From: Podarcis melisellensis
Lineage: Eukaryota
Direction: 5' to 3' (one strand)
DNA: 64,000 bases
Assembly: GCA_964234715.1 (NCBI GenBank)
Contig: OZ174288.1
A program made the translations under genes and the position numbers. Shown piece by piece: positions 1 to 11,025 of this stretch (position 1 is the first letter of the stretch; the number at the start of each line of letters is the position of its first letter). The notes beneath the pieces are model-generated. The model was not told the origin of the DNA. It saw only the letters and a list, made by a program, of their open reading frames with translations, and did not search any database.

Positions 1-657
1 GCCCAGAGGAAGGTTCTACTTGGCTCTGCAGGAGGTCAGAGAAATAATGTTCACAGCTGTTGGCTGTTATGGTACTTTTTGTCCTCTTGTGGCCCCTGCA
101 GTCTCACACCAGACTTTTAGTGAGATGAGGTTACCACCTCTGTCTGTCCTCATTGAACCCCTGCTGTTGTGCACATGTTCCATTGGCAGGTTTTGACTCT
201 CCACCCCTGTGATGCTTCATTGCTTGCCATAGCTGCCCCCCAATCAAAAACAAAAAACCTCTTGGGTACCTTAGGATTCCAGGATTTTAGGACTTCTTAC
301 AAAACGATGGTTTGCCTCTTCCCTTCTGGACATGTAGGACCAGATTCAACTAACCAAGCACACTAGCAAAGGCCAGTGCAATGACTCCCACTCCCCCACC
401 CCCTAGAAAAAAATCTGCCCTAGGAAGTTGGGAGAACTGCCAGAACAGTTCCTACATGTTGTCTTTAGGGAGTGCTGGGAATGCGTATGAGACTGGCTGG
501 TGTAACTGGTGTGGATAGAGCAATGGTCCCTTGGGGCCCTGGGCTCCAATGGGCGGAATTCCCCTTTTCCACTGACCCCCCTCAGTAGGTTGGAGACCTT
601 TTGTGGGATCTTAGTTGCGTGCAAAACATAAGGCAGTTCTTATTTCCCATTTAACAG

Positions 658-3600
658 GTCTTCTTGGCCAGAGAATTGTCTACCTCCAGAGAATATGCCA
701 GTGAGTAACCCTTTCTTCATTAGGGTGTGGATTTTAGATGGATGATGTCCTGTCCTCATAATGGAGCCAAAGGAAGTCTAGGTTACGCCTGCTGCTGCTG
801 TTGTGGGAAGCTGCTCTCTAAGTGTAGCTTCATAGTCAAGCAGAGCAGATGAGTTTGCAGCTTCACTGTGTATTTCCCAAGTGTGTTGTAACTTATTTGT
901 CTTTTTAAAAGTTAAAATTCTGGAGAAGCGCCACATCATAAAAGAGGGCAAGGTGCCGTGCGTGAATAGGGAGAAAGATATCATGTCTTGCCTGGATCAC
1001 CCTTTCTTTGTCAATCTCTACTTCACCTTTCAGGATGATGAGAAGCTCTGTATCCTTCTGGATGGAAATGTTTCATGGTGATATTTGTTGGGATAATGTG
1101 TGTGGAAAAAAGAACCATGTTTCTTCATTTGCTAACCCAGTGATGTTTTCAAAATAGTTGTACCAGAATTCTTAGGCAGGATACAAATGTGAAAAATCTT
1201 AAATCTTGTAAACCTGGCAGAGGAGGAATCTTGGGCCCCCCCATGGGTATGACAGTGCCTTAAGGCACCCCACTCAGCCTCCCTCTCCCACTTTCTATTT
1301 TTTAATTGATATTTTTTGTTTGATGAGATTGCCTAGTTTTTGTGGTAGGAGGAGGTTTCTTGTTGTATTTACTGTGTTTTATTTGTCTCTAGGTGTCTGT
1401 GCTTTGCCTTTTAGGTGTATGGGGCTGTTTCTGAATACCACCAGTTTTTCTTCTGTGGAATGTGTATTTTGTGGTGTCCACAAGTTTCTTTTATCTCCAA
1501 ATGTGCCCCTTGTCCCAAAATGGTTGGAGACTAAGTTAACCGCTGTACCGCATTGGCCCGAATATAAGCTGCACACTTACAATTCAAGGTTTATTTGCAG
1601 GTGCTGGTGCTGGCCGCCCCCGTTCAGGGCAGTAGTGCCAGGAGGCAGGCACGGAGCGCGCTCAGAGCCCAGCACCAGGACTGGCTTGGCTACCTGGGTG
1701 CCTGACTCCGAGCTGGTTGGTGGTACGCGTGCTCCCTAGCTGCTTGGGGGGGGGAGAGGTGTGCGCAGGCTAACCAGCTTAGGGAACATGCGCAGGCTAA
1801 CCAGCTATGGAGTGTGCATACCGCCAACCAGCTGGGAGTCTGCGCATGCTCCCTAGCTGCTTGGCAGGGAGGGCAGTGGCGTGCCTGCCTCCTTGCTGGT
1901 TGGTGGTACGCATGCTCCACCCCCACCGCCAGCCACCTGGAAGGTAGGCATGCCGCTCCCCCCCATCAAGCAGCTAGGGAGCGCACACCGCCAACTAGCT
2001 GGGAGGCGCGCCACTCCCCCTGCCAAACATGCGCTCCCCAGCTGCTTTCAGCAGCTGTTAAAAAAATCACCAATTTAAGCCGTACTTTTAACTTTTCAGG
2101 GTCTGAAATTGGGAAAAAAGTGCGGCTTATATTCGGGCCAATACGGTAAATCTTTGGCTGTGTGCAGAGTCCAGCCTTCTCTTTCCAAGCACATCTCCAC
2201 CTATCCCTTCTAACATTGCTCTATCTGCCTTTGTGTTTTAGGGTCCAGAGATTCACAGTATAAATTATCCTTAACTTAGTATTCAGATTTTGGTCTTAGC
2301 TATGCCAAAAATGGAGAGCTTCTAAAATACATCCGGAAGATCGGCTCATTTGATGAGACATGTACTAGGTTTTATACTGCTGAAATTGTGTCTGCATTAG
2401 AGTACTTGCACGGAAAGGGAATCATTCACAGGTAATGTAATGAATTCAAATCCATCTATTCTTGGTTCTTGTTGCTGTTGTCATAGTTACCGTTTGTTGC
2501 CCTCCTGATAGATTTCTCCTGGTGGCTCAAAACTCAAAAGTTTCCAAAGCAAGCAAGCAGTGTCTTAGGTACCTTTGTTGAGACTTCCTGGCTATCCTGC
2601 ATTCCTCACCTGTGGTGACACCAGCCTAGTTAATTTGGCACAAGGCATTGGCTGCCTTGGAGTACAAAGTATCCAGCAATGGATGGGGATTTTGGACAGT
2701 TTAAATCTTTCTTTCCCTCCCTCTGTCACCTTTTGCCTTGGTTTTTTTTGTAGAGGAGAGGTACGTCCCATTCTGCCAGGTCGCTAGCAGAGTAAATGTA
2801 GCGCCTCTTCCGTACTGTTTGCCTGCCTGCAGTAGAAGGCAGAAGAGAAGAACTCAGCATGATCTAACATTCAGATTTGCTCCATGTCCCCCTGCTGCCT
2901 AGTCCCCTCCTAATCATTTGGGAAGCAGCTCCCAATGCCAGGCAGAGGAGCAGGTAGGAATCTACTTCAGACCTACCAGAACAGGCAGAGACAGTAAGGG
3001 CCAAAGGACAGCCTTAGTTTCCTAGATAGCTGCTGTTACTTTAGAAGCCTGGGGGAGAATCAGCTTTCCATGGTTAGGGCATTACATGGACAACTCGGGA
3101 TTTCCCCAGGGGACACAAATAGTTGGTGAGGGCATGACTCTGTGCATGCATGGCTCATTCCCAGCTGTGCCTTTTGCAGGGACCTGAAGCCAGAGAACAT
3201 TTTGCTCAGTGGAGACATGCACATTCAGATTACAGACTTCGGGACAGCAAAAGTATTGTCTGCAGACAGCAAGCGAGGTGGGTGCAATTTCTCCACCTGT
3301 CAACGACTAAAGCAACCTTCTGCAGTTTCAAATTCCTTAAAACTGACCACAGTATCCGATGCTACATCTCAGTGGGGTTTATGACAGTTCTTTACTGAGT
3401 AAAGGTAAAATGGCTATACCGCAGGAGATGACATCAGAGAGGAAACCTGCGGGGTCACTAAAATGGGGCAGCTGAAATCAGGTGATAGTGGGGTGCCCAT
3501 GGGGTGAAATGCTGCTTAGTAATGCTTAGTGTTGAGGGGGCGGGGAGTGTTTGAAAAACAATAGTCATTATGTAATATTGGATGCCTACAAGTATAGTTA

Positions 3601-6600
3601 AATAAAAGCTGATGAAATTTGAATTGCACAACAAAAATGAAAGCATTGTTTCCAAATGAACACATCCAAGCCTTCATGAGGACCTTGTAAGAACATTTTT
3701 AATGATTAAATGCTTACTTGCATCTTGGTTTCTTCAGCACGGGCGAACTCCTTTGTTGGGACAGCACAGTATGTGTCTCCAGAGCTGTTAACAGAGAAGT
3801 CTGCCTGCAAAAGGTGAGTTACATACGTTGCCTTTGTAGAGGGGTTTTATGACTGAGAGAGAGATCTTCAAGGCAAATGGGTGAGGCCTATTTACATTAG
3901 GGTATACCCTATTCTTGTGCCTCAGTGCCTCCTGCATAATCAACACTGAAAATTTTTAAACAGCATGACAATGGCTCTTAGGATTGCTTTTGTCTATTTT
4001 TCTGTAACATGAATAGTTCATTAGCACTTGGAGTTAACATAACATACCAGCAAAACATGAAACAAGATGTTCTAAGCATTATCATCATGTTTTCTTGCTG
4101 CAATCTCTTGCCGCTTTACTTGGTTTGTACATTAAACAAGACAGAGAACTAGAAAGCTCTGTGTGGGCCATTTATTTTATTTTAATTTTTTAAAGCACCC
4201 ATTCAGCTTGGGATCTTCTTCAAAGGGCTGTATTGGGACCTAGGCCTGGGCGATATATCAATATATTGCTCAAGACTGGTCCTTCCTCCAGCAGGCACTG
4301 CTAACAGAGGGACTCGGGAGCAGTGGTGGTTTCACCAGCGATATACCGCTGAGTGAAGCTGACATCGTGGTCTACTCCTCATACCAGTCCCAGGCAATAT
4401 ATCACCCAGGCCTAGGTCCCAATTCAGCCCTCATACAACGGAGAAGGAAAAACAAGCTCTATTGACGAGGCGCCGATACAGCTGTTTCCTCCCTATGCAT
4501 CTTTCAACTGCTCGGCTGAGGAGTTCCTTTCCTTAGTTGAGCAGTTAAAAGAGCCCCCAGCCCAGCGCAAACAAGTTGCATTGTCCTAACCCACGAGTCT
4601 GGGTGAAACTGCCTCAGCACTCGAGGTGAGAGCTGGGGCAGTTTCACCCAGTGTTTTGCGGGGAGAGGACAATGCATCTTGTTTTTTCAGCATTGCAGTA
4701 GGTCACCAAACTGCGATGTTTGGCTTGCGATACACTGCGTTGTTGAAAAGCTGATATCGCTCAGTCCTATTGGGACCTTGCTGAAGGCTCTCTTCTGCTG
4801 CTTCCATCCTTCCTGTGGGAGCCTAACCCAAGATGAGAAAATACATAGATCTGGTTCAGGAAGTGCACAATGGCAGCTTCTGCAGCAGATCCTTGGGAAA
4901 CGCCCAGGGATAAACACCTTTTCTTCAAGGTGCCTTTACCAGGCATGCCAAATAAATTAGAGTCTGAAACTCCAGGGGAATTTGCAGTTCTGCCTGAAAG
5001 GGAATATGTTGTATGCTTTTGTTGTGGGTGCCTGAACTAGGAGATGGTGAAATTGGATATGCCCACAGTGCTAACTCTTCTGCTTTGCCTTCTCATCTTT
5101 TTGCCTGTCTTGATGATGCAGTTCGGATCTGTGGGCTCTTGGCTGCATCGTATACCAGCTTGTAGCAGGATTACCACCATTCAGAGCCGGGTAAGACTTT
5201 GGAGCACACCAGTGCCAGACTTCCAACCAAGTTAGTGTTTGCCCGTGTACCCATAGGGTGGTATAGTTTCAACCTTGAAGTAGACTTATAGGAAATGTTT
5301 GCATAGATGTAACTATACTTTTCCCCATCCTTTTTGCAGAAATGAATATCTCATATTCCAGAAGATAATCAAATTGGAGTATGAATTCCCAGAGAAGTTC
5401 TTTCCGAAGGCAAAAGATCTTGTAGAAAAGCTTTTGGTAAATGAATTGTATTGTCAAAAGTTTCAAATGCATGCTAGAAGCCTCCAGTCAGATAACTTGC
5501 ACAAAATGTGGTACTCATTGCTGCTGTTCTATCCCAGCCGGTGTTTTGGCCCTCTAGGCTTCAGAGTCCCGCCCCCCAACTGTTGCCCCTTTGACTTGTT
5601 CCCTGTCCCTCCTGCTTTTCCACAAAGCATCTTCAGAGCCTTGTTTCTTAATCCCCACTGCCTTCCCATGGGGTTTTCTGCCCTCTCTCTTCCCAGCCTC
5701 ACCCCGACCCACAGATATACCTTGTGTTGAGGTATTAATTTCCAGCTAAGGCCCCCCTACTTTCCCTCTCTTCATGGAACTAGACTGTTAGCTTTGTTCC
5801 CAAACTAGCTGGAACTTTTCAGTCAGTTGTTGTTCAAGATTTTAGCACCACAAGAACGATATGATACAGATGTCAGCCTCAAGGCCAGTAACCATCATTC
5901 CTTTTCTTCCTGCCTGTCTCCTTCCATCTCTTTTCTCTTTTAATTGGCCACTTGCCTCCCACTTGCTTTAGGAAGTGGAGCAAAACAAGTTGACTTCATG
6001 ACCAGTTCCTTGAGAGGATCTCTATCCCGTTGCTTTATGCCAGTTAAACCTATGCAAGCCTTTGTTTCACGGGTTATTGCAAAAGCCCCTTGTGAATCAC
6101 CATGAAGGGGTGCTTGGAGAAGAAATCTCAATTTCCTTCTTGGAGTCTCACTTCTGCAAGGTACATCAAAGGTCCCATATTAACAGATTGTCCACAGAGG
6201 TGGACTGACTGAGTCACCAACATCTGAAATGACAGGGAGTGGAGCCAAAGACGCCCCCTGAGTCTTTCCAGGGAAAATGTAACTGTGTCTTCACTTAACC
6301 AGGTCCAAGATGCTACCAAGAGGTTAGGCTGTGAAGAAATGGGAGGATATGAGCCCTTGAAGGCCCACCCCTTTTTCGACTCCATCACCTGGGAGAATCT
6401 GCATCTTCAGACACCACCCAAGCTCACTGCATATTTGCCCGCAATGTCAGAAGATGATGAGGATTGCTATGGAAATGTAAGTGCAGGCTTTGATACTGAT
6501 GCCAGGGGAGATCAAAGGCTGCTGAAGGGCAGTTTGTCCTCGTGAGTGCCTCACATCCTTCTCCATCCATCTCAGCATTCTCAGTAGGAGTTCCCATCTT

Positions 6601-9600
6601 GATCTACCATGCTCCATAGAGGTCTTTTCAATACCATTGCATCCTTCAAGGGAGAAATAGGCCTGTAGTTCTTGTTCTGGTCTAATCCTTGGCTCCTCTG
6701 ACACCCTCACTTTCACTTGTCCAGTTCACATGACCAGAGGGTGAGAGCAGATACTGAGCTGAAAGCAGAGCTCCTTCCCAGCTTCCTCCCTCTCGCAGAA
6801 TTTCTGTATGCAAGTGGAGGGTTAAAGCGTGATACATGGATGTACTGTGAGGAGATAATGAAATAGAACAAAGCAAGTAAAAGGAAATGTTCTAGTTTCC
6901 AGCTGGTTAAAAATATGGGATCACTGGTGAAATTTGTGAAAGAGATAGAGGCTTTAAAATTTGAAGACAGGGATTTTTCTGATACATATATTTAATCAAT
7001 CAAGGCAGGACTATTGATCATTCAGAAATTAGGAGAAAATTGAATCCAACAAACCTCCCCCCCCCCCTTTGGCTTGAGTGTCTTAACGTAAAATGGGTAA
7101 TAAATTATGTAGATAGTGAATCAAGAAATGAGGCTGTGACCTGAGCCCCCTCATCTGCCATATTGGGGGTGGGTAGCATGGATGGATAGGGCAGAAATCT
7201 TCTGCTGTTCAGAGTGGCCTCAGCAGCACTCCTCCAGCACCACTGAATTTCTCATGCTGCCTGCCAAATGGGGTGTTCTGGAGAGGGAGGACTGAACTGG
7301 CTCCACTGCTGTCAGCAGTCCCAGGGTGGACTATAGGGTGGAACAAGGGTTTGCTTGCCCCCACATCTGTCCTGGTTGATATGTGCAATTGATGGAGCAG
7401 TGGCTATGCTGCCCATTACACTCTACTGTGCCTTACCCAGATTGGGTGTGGATTGCTCTGAGGAAATTAACTGATTTGGAGAAATTTGGTAAAACAACCC
7501 TTTATTACGATGCAGCGTGATATCCAATGTCTCAGTGTCATACTTAATTGTAGACCCATTGAAATCACTCTACTGGAGCCTCTTGATTTAAATTTGCCTC
7601 TTATGACTTGCAAATCACCCATAAAATTTAGTTAAATAGCTGCAGAATATAGGTAAAATCATTCCGGTGAAAATCTTGGGAAGCCTACTGATTTTCTTAA
7701 GTATAACTGGAAAGGAAAATAGAAAAAGTCCAGTACAAGCATGTGCTGGAAGTGTCAACAGGAGAAGGGAGGTGGTTATTATTAATGCTATTATTAAAAA
7801 GTGGAAGCAGATCAAGCATTTTACAGTCTATAGATTATGAAACCTCTCTAGGTCCTGTCCTCACTAAATTGTGTTGAAGCCTCAGTGAGACAGAGCATAA
7901 GGAATTAGTCCCATTTGTGAATTGAAGCAAGAATGTTTTTAAGCAAAGAAATGGAGAATATCACTAACAGCAGAACAAGTGGCCAGAAAATGAGTGGGAT
8001 TTTGCCTTGATGGCAAAAGTGATGTACTGAGTAAAATAAAAGATGGCCACACAGCTACCATATTTTTCCGTGTATAAGACGCCCCCATGTATAAGACGAT
8101 TTTTAGCCTAAATTAATAAATAAATAATTGCAACATTCTGTGTATAAGCCGCCCCCCCAATCTTTTTAAACTTACTTTTTTGGGGGGGAATATAGTCATA
8201 CACAGAAAAATACAGTATTTTAAGATACTGTATGTTGGAAGCTGTTTGTTTTCTTGCAGATGAAATGTGTTGCTTTCCTAAAGTATGGGCTTACAGTGTT
8301 TATACAGCGTAATTACATGATAGTACTAGTAGCATTTAAAGAGAGCATTCAGAATAATAAATAAATAATATAACATTGGTTGTATCCATTGTTAGTCACA
8401 TTCATTGGCACATCTAATTTAGGCCCATTAATGTTACTGGATTTACTCTTGAAGACAACTTGGATATTATGTTGGCAGATATATTGGTCAGAAGAAAAGG
8501 GTAATATGCCACATACTTTGCCCCCATTTATTCTGAAAACTATCTTTCTCATTTTGATAGTATGACAATCTCCTGAGTCAGTTTGGCTGCCTGCAAGTGT
8601 CTGGCTCCGCCTCTTCTCAGTCCTTGTCTTCCCCGGAGACGTCCACCCCACAAACCTCAGGCAGCAGCAACAACATAGAGCAATACATTCACAACCTCGA
8701 CAGCAATTCCTTTGAGCTGGACCTCCAGTTCTCTGAAAAGGAGAAAAGGTTACTCTTGGCAAAGCAGGCTGGTGGAAATCCCTGGTAAGCACTGCGGGGT
8801 GTGGGGTTTTTTCCCCATAGAGTGGCTTATGCAAATGTGTGTGCACGCATGTGCTTACACTTGCTTTCTCTCCCTCCCTCCCCCTCTCTTGAGTAACGTC
8901 CTGCTCCACAAATAAAGTTCAGCTTCATCAGTCTTGCACCTCACTTGCGTGTTCCTAACAATGGAGGGTGGCAGAACCTGGGGCTTTAGAAAAGGGGGAA
9001 CCAGGACCATTTGAATTGGCCAGAGCTTAGAAATGCAGCCAATTTCTGCCATGGGATCTGACCCAGAGCTGACAGTCCCATAAAAGTGCTGCTAGCTACA
9101 TCTGGCTGCTGGCTACTTTTCCTCCTCTCACTGACACTCTGTATCTAAAAGCCTGTAAGTGGGTGGCATGGCAATGAATGATGGATTGATGGAAATAACA
9201 CAAGGTGATGTTTTCTTCTCAGGCACCAGTTTGTAGAAAATAATCTAATACTGAAAATGGGTCCAGTTGACAAACGGAAGGTAAGTCACCTTATCCTGTG
9301 CCTCGGATTCATTCTTTAAATGATTGTACTTGTGAGTCTAAAGTACTTGGGGATGTGAAATAAAAAAAACCTGCAGAGTAGTGGAGGGGAAAGAAACATA
9401 TTAAGAGAAACCAAAAGCAGATTATCCAAATGTTGTAGTTTGTGGTGGGGAGTGTAACCCTGTTTGTTCTCCTTGACCTCCACATTTCATAATTTTATTT
9501 GTATGCTCTTCCATGTGTACCAGGTGGTTGGTAATTAGGTAACTAAAAAAAATAATAAACTAGTGGGGAGGGAGGGAGGCCTTCTAGTGTTTTGCAGAGC

Positions 9601-11025
9601 CTGCCATATATTTGACTATCTCCCCATTGGGCAGAAGTTGTGGGTGTTTCTAGAGTACAGTGAGCTCCAGGAACAAGCAGGGGCGTAGCATGGGGGGTGC
9701 AGGGGGGGCCGGGCGCACCGGGCGCAACATCTGGGGGTTAGGGTTAGGGGGCGCAAATCCACGGGTTAGGGGGCACAAATTACTTGCCTTGCCCCGGGTG
9801 CTGACAACCCACGCTACGCCACTGGGAACAAGTTGGTTCCCACACCTGGAAACGGCAAAAGAGGCAGAGAGAGTGTTGGGTGGGGTCTTCAGGGAGGTCC
9901 CACTCCCATGATGACAGTTCCCCTGCTGTCATAGGGAATGAGGGTCTCAGGGAAAGAGAGCGTTGCCTAGAAGAGAGTTTGAGCTCTGAAGACATTTCAT
10001 CATTTGTCCAAAATTTGGTTTGGAGACTGTTGCATGAAAGGCAAAAAAAGTTAATAGGTACTTCCCCTTCCTCGTCCTGTGAGCTGATTGTGCTGCATAT
10101 GGTAATGGCAGAGAGGCAGAGGAAACTAGCTGCTCAGAAGATGTTGTGATGATCCCTTTGTGCTCTATAACAAGAGTGTTGAGTCCTAAGCAGTATCCTG
10201 TGATGGTGCTAGAATCCTTCCTTTCTTGACCCTTTCTTTGAAGCTGCTGACCTGCAGCGCTGGCTTAGCTCTAAGTGTTGCGTCCTCCTCTGCAGGGGCT
10301 CTTTGCTCGCAGGCGTCAGCTGCTGCTCACTGAAGGGCCACACTTGTACTATGTGGACCCTGTCAACAAAATTCTGAAAGGAGAAATCCCTTGGTCGCTG
10401 GAACTCCGGCCGGAAGCCAAGAACTTCAAGACCTTCTTTGTTCACACAGTAAGTGACCCCTTCCTGCTGACAAGTTCTGACTTCACCGGTTCTGTTCAGT
10501 GGGCTCTTGCAGGTGTGGTATTAGCAGGGCCCATTCAGCTGCCAGTGCTTCCTGGGAGGTGTTGAGGAAGGTGCTGGAGGTGTTAATTGGCTGTGGGATC
10601 CTTCCCCTTTTTTGAAAAATGGATCTAGAACTTCCTGAAGTAGCAGCTCCCTAGTGACACAGCTCCACACACTGATGACTCTTGTACCTTCTCAGGCCAG
10701 AGTTGGCTCACACAGCCACCCTTGCCTTTTAATAGCTCCTGCCCGTTGTTTGGTTTTTACTGTGGGAGACTTCTGATGTACAAAGTGCTGTGTGCAACCT
10801 TCATCCCCAGGGGAGGGAGGGGAGGCCCAAGCCCATGCACTGCCTGCTGGCCTTGTTCAGCTTAGTTAGGTTCTTGCTGCAGGAATTAGTAGGGACTAAA
10901 CCTTTGTTTACTTGTAGCCTAACAGGACATACTACCTGATGGACCCAAGTGGGAACGCTCATAAATGGTGCAAAAAGATACACGAGGTTTGGCGACACAT
11001 ATACCACCAGAACACTGCGAAATGA
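658..11025 (+). CDS. PDPK1: 3-phosphoinositide-dependent protein kinase 1, 5'-partial (12 coding exons in window; kinase + PH domain)
   Basis: Exons 658-700, 912-1049, 2287-2431, 3180-3277, 3738-3813, 5122-5190, 5340-5436, 6303-6476, 8561-8784, 9223-9280, 10296-10448, 10918-11025 (TGA). All have AG/GT boundaries and consistent phases. Translation includes [32 protein letters not shown] and the PH domain [25 protein letters not shown]...[17 protein letters not shown]. Confidence 0.98.
1050..2286 (+). other. U12-type (minor spliceosome) GT-AG intron of PDPK1
   Basis: 5' site GTATCCTT at 1050; branch site TCCTTAAC at 2268-2275, about 12 nt before the AG at 2285-2286; no polypyrimidine tract; the codon T|AT (Tyr) is reconstituted across the junction. 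Confidence 0.93.
1548..2146. mobile_element. Tc1/mariner(pogo)-type non-autonomous DNA transposon (MITE)
   Basis: TIRs ccgcattggcccgaatataagctgcac / gtgcggcttatattcgggccaatacgg, flanked by TA on both sides; GC-rich internal short repeats (gcgcaggctaaccagct). Confidence 0.85.
4224..4780. repeat. Cluster of nested inverted repeats (MITE-like foldback)
   Basis: About 35-bp IR agggctgtattgggacctaggcctgggcgatatat at 4224 pairs with ~4397-4431; a second palindrome is centred near 4625 (aaacaagttgcattgtcct / aggacaatgcatcttgttt; tgggtgaaactgcctcagc / gctggggcagtttcaccca). Confidence 0.7.
8058..8215. mobile_element. Short Tc1/mariner-type MITE
   Basis: TA-ccatatttttccgtgtataagac ... gtcatacacagaaaaatacag-TA: imperfect TIRs with TA target duplication. 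Confidence 0.7.
9678..9824. mobile_element. hAT-type MITE (147 bp) with perfect 8-bp TSD
   Basis: TIRs caggggcgtagc / gctacgccactg; TSD ggaacaag at 9670-9677 and 9825-9832; internal GGGTTAGGGTTAGGG. Confidence 0.9.

Noticed and set aside
1690-2060. Short GC-rich repeats superficially like a repeat-spacer array
   Set aside because: They are irregular internal repeats of a MITE in vertebrate DNA; there are no constant-length spacers and no cas genes.
6291-6302. U12-like branch sequence (cacttaac) before the PDPK1 exon at 6303
   Set aside because: The matching donor (gtaaat at 5437) is U2-type, so this is not a minor intron.
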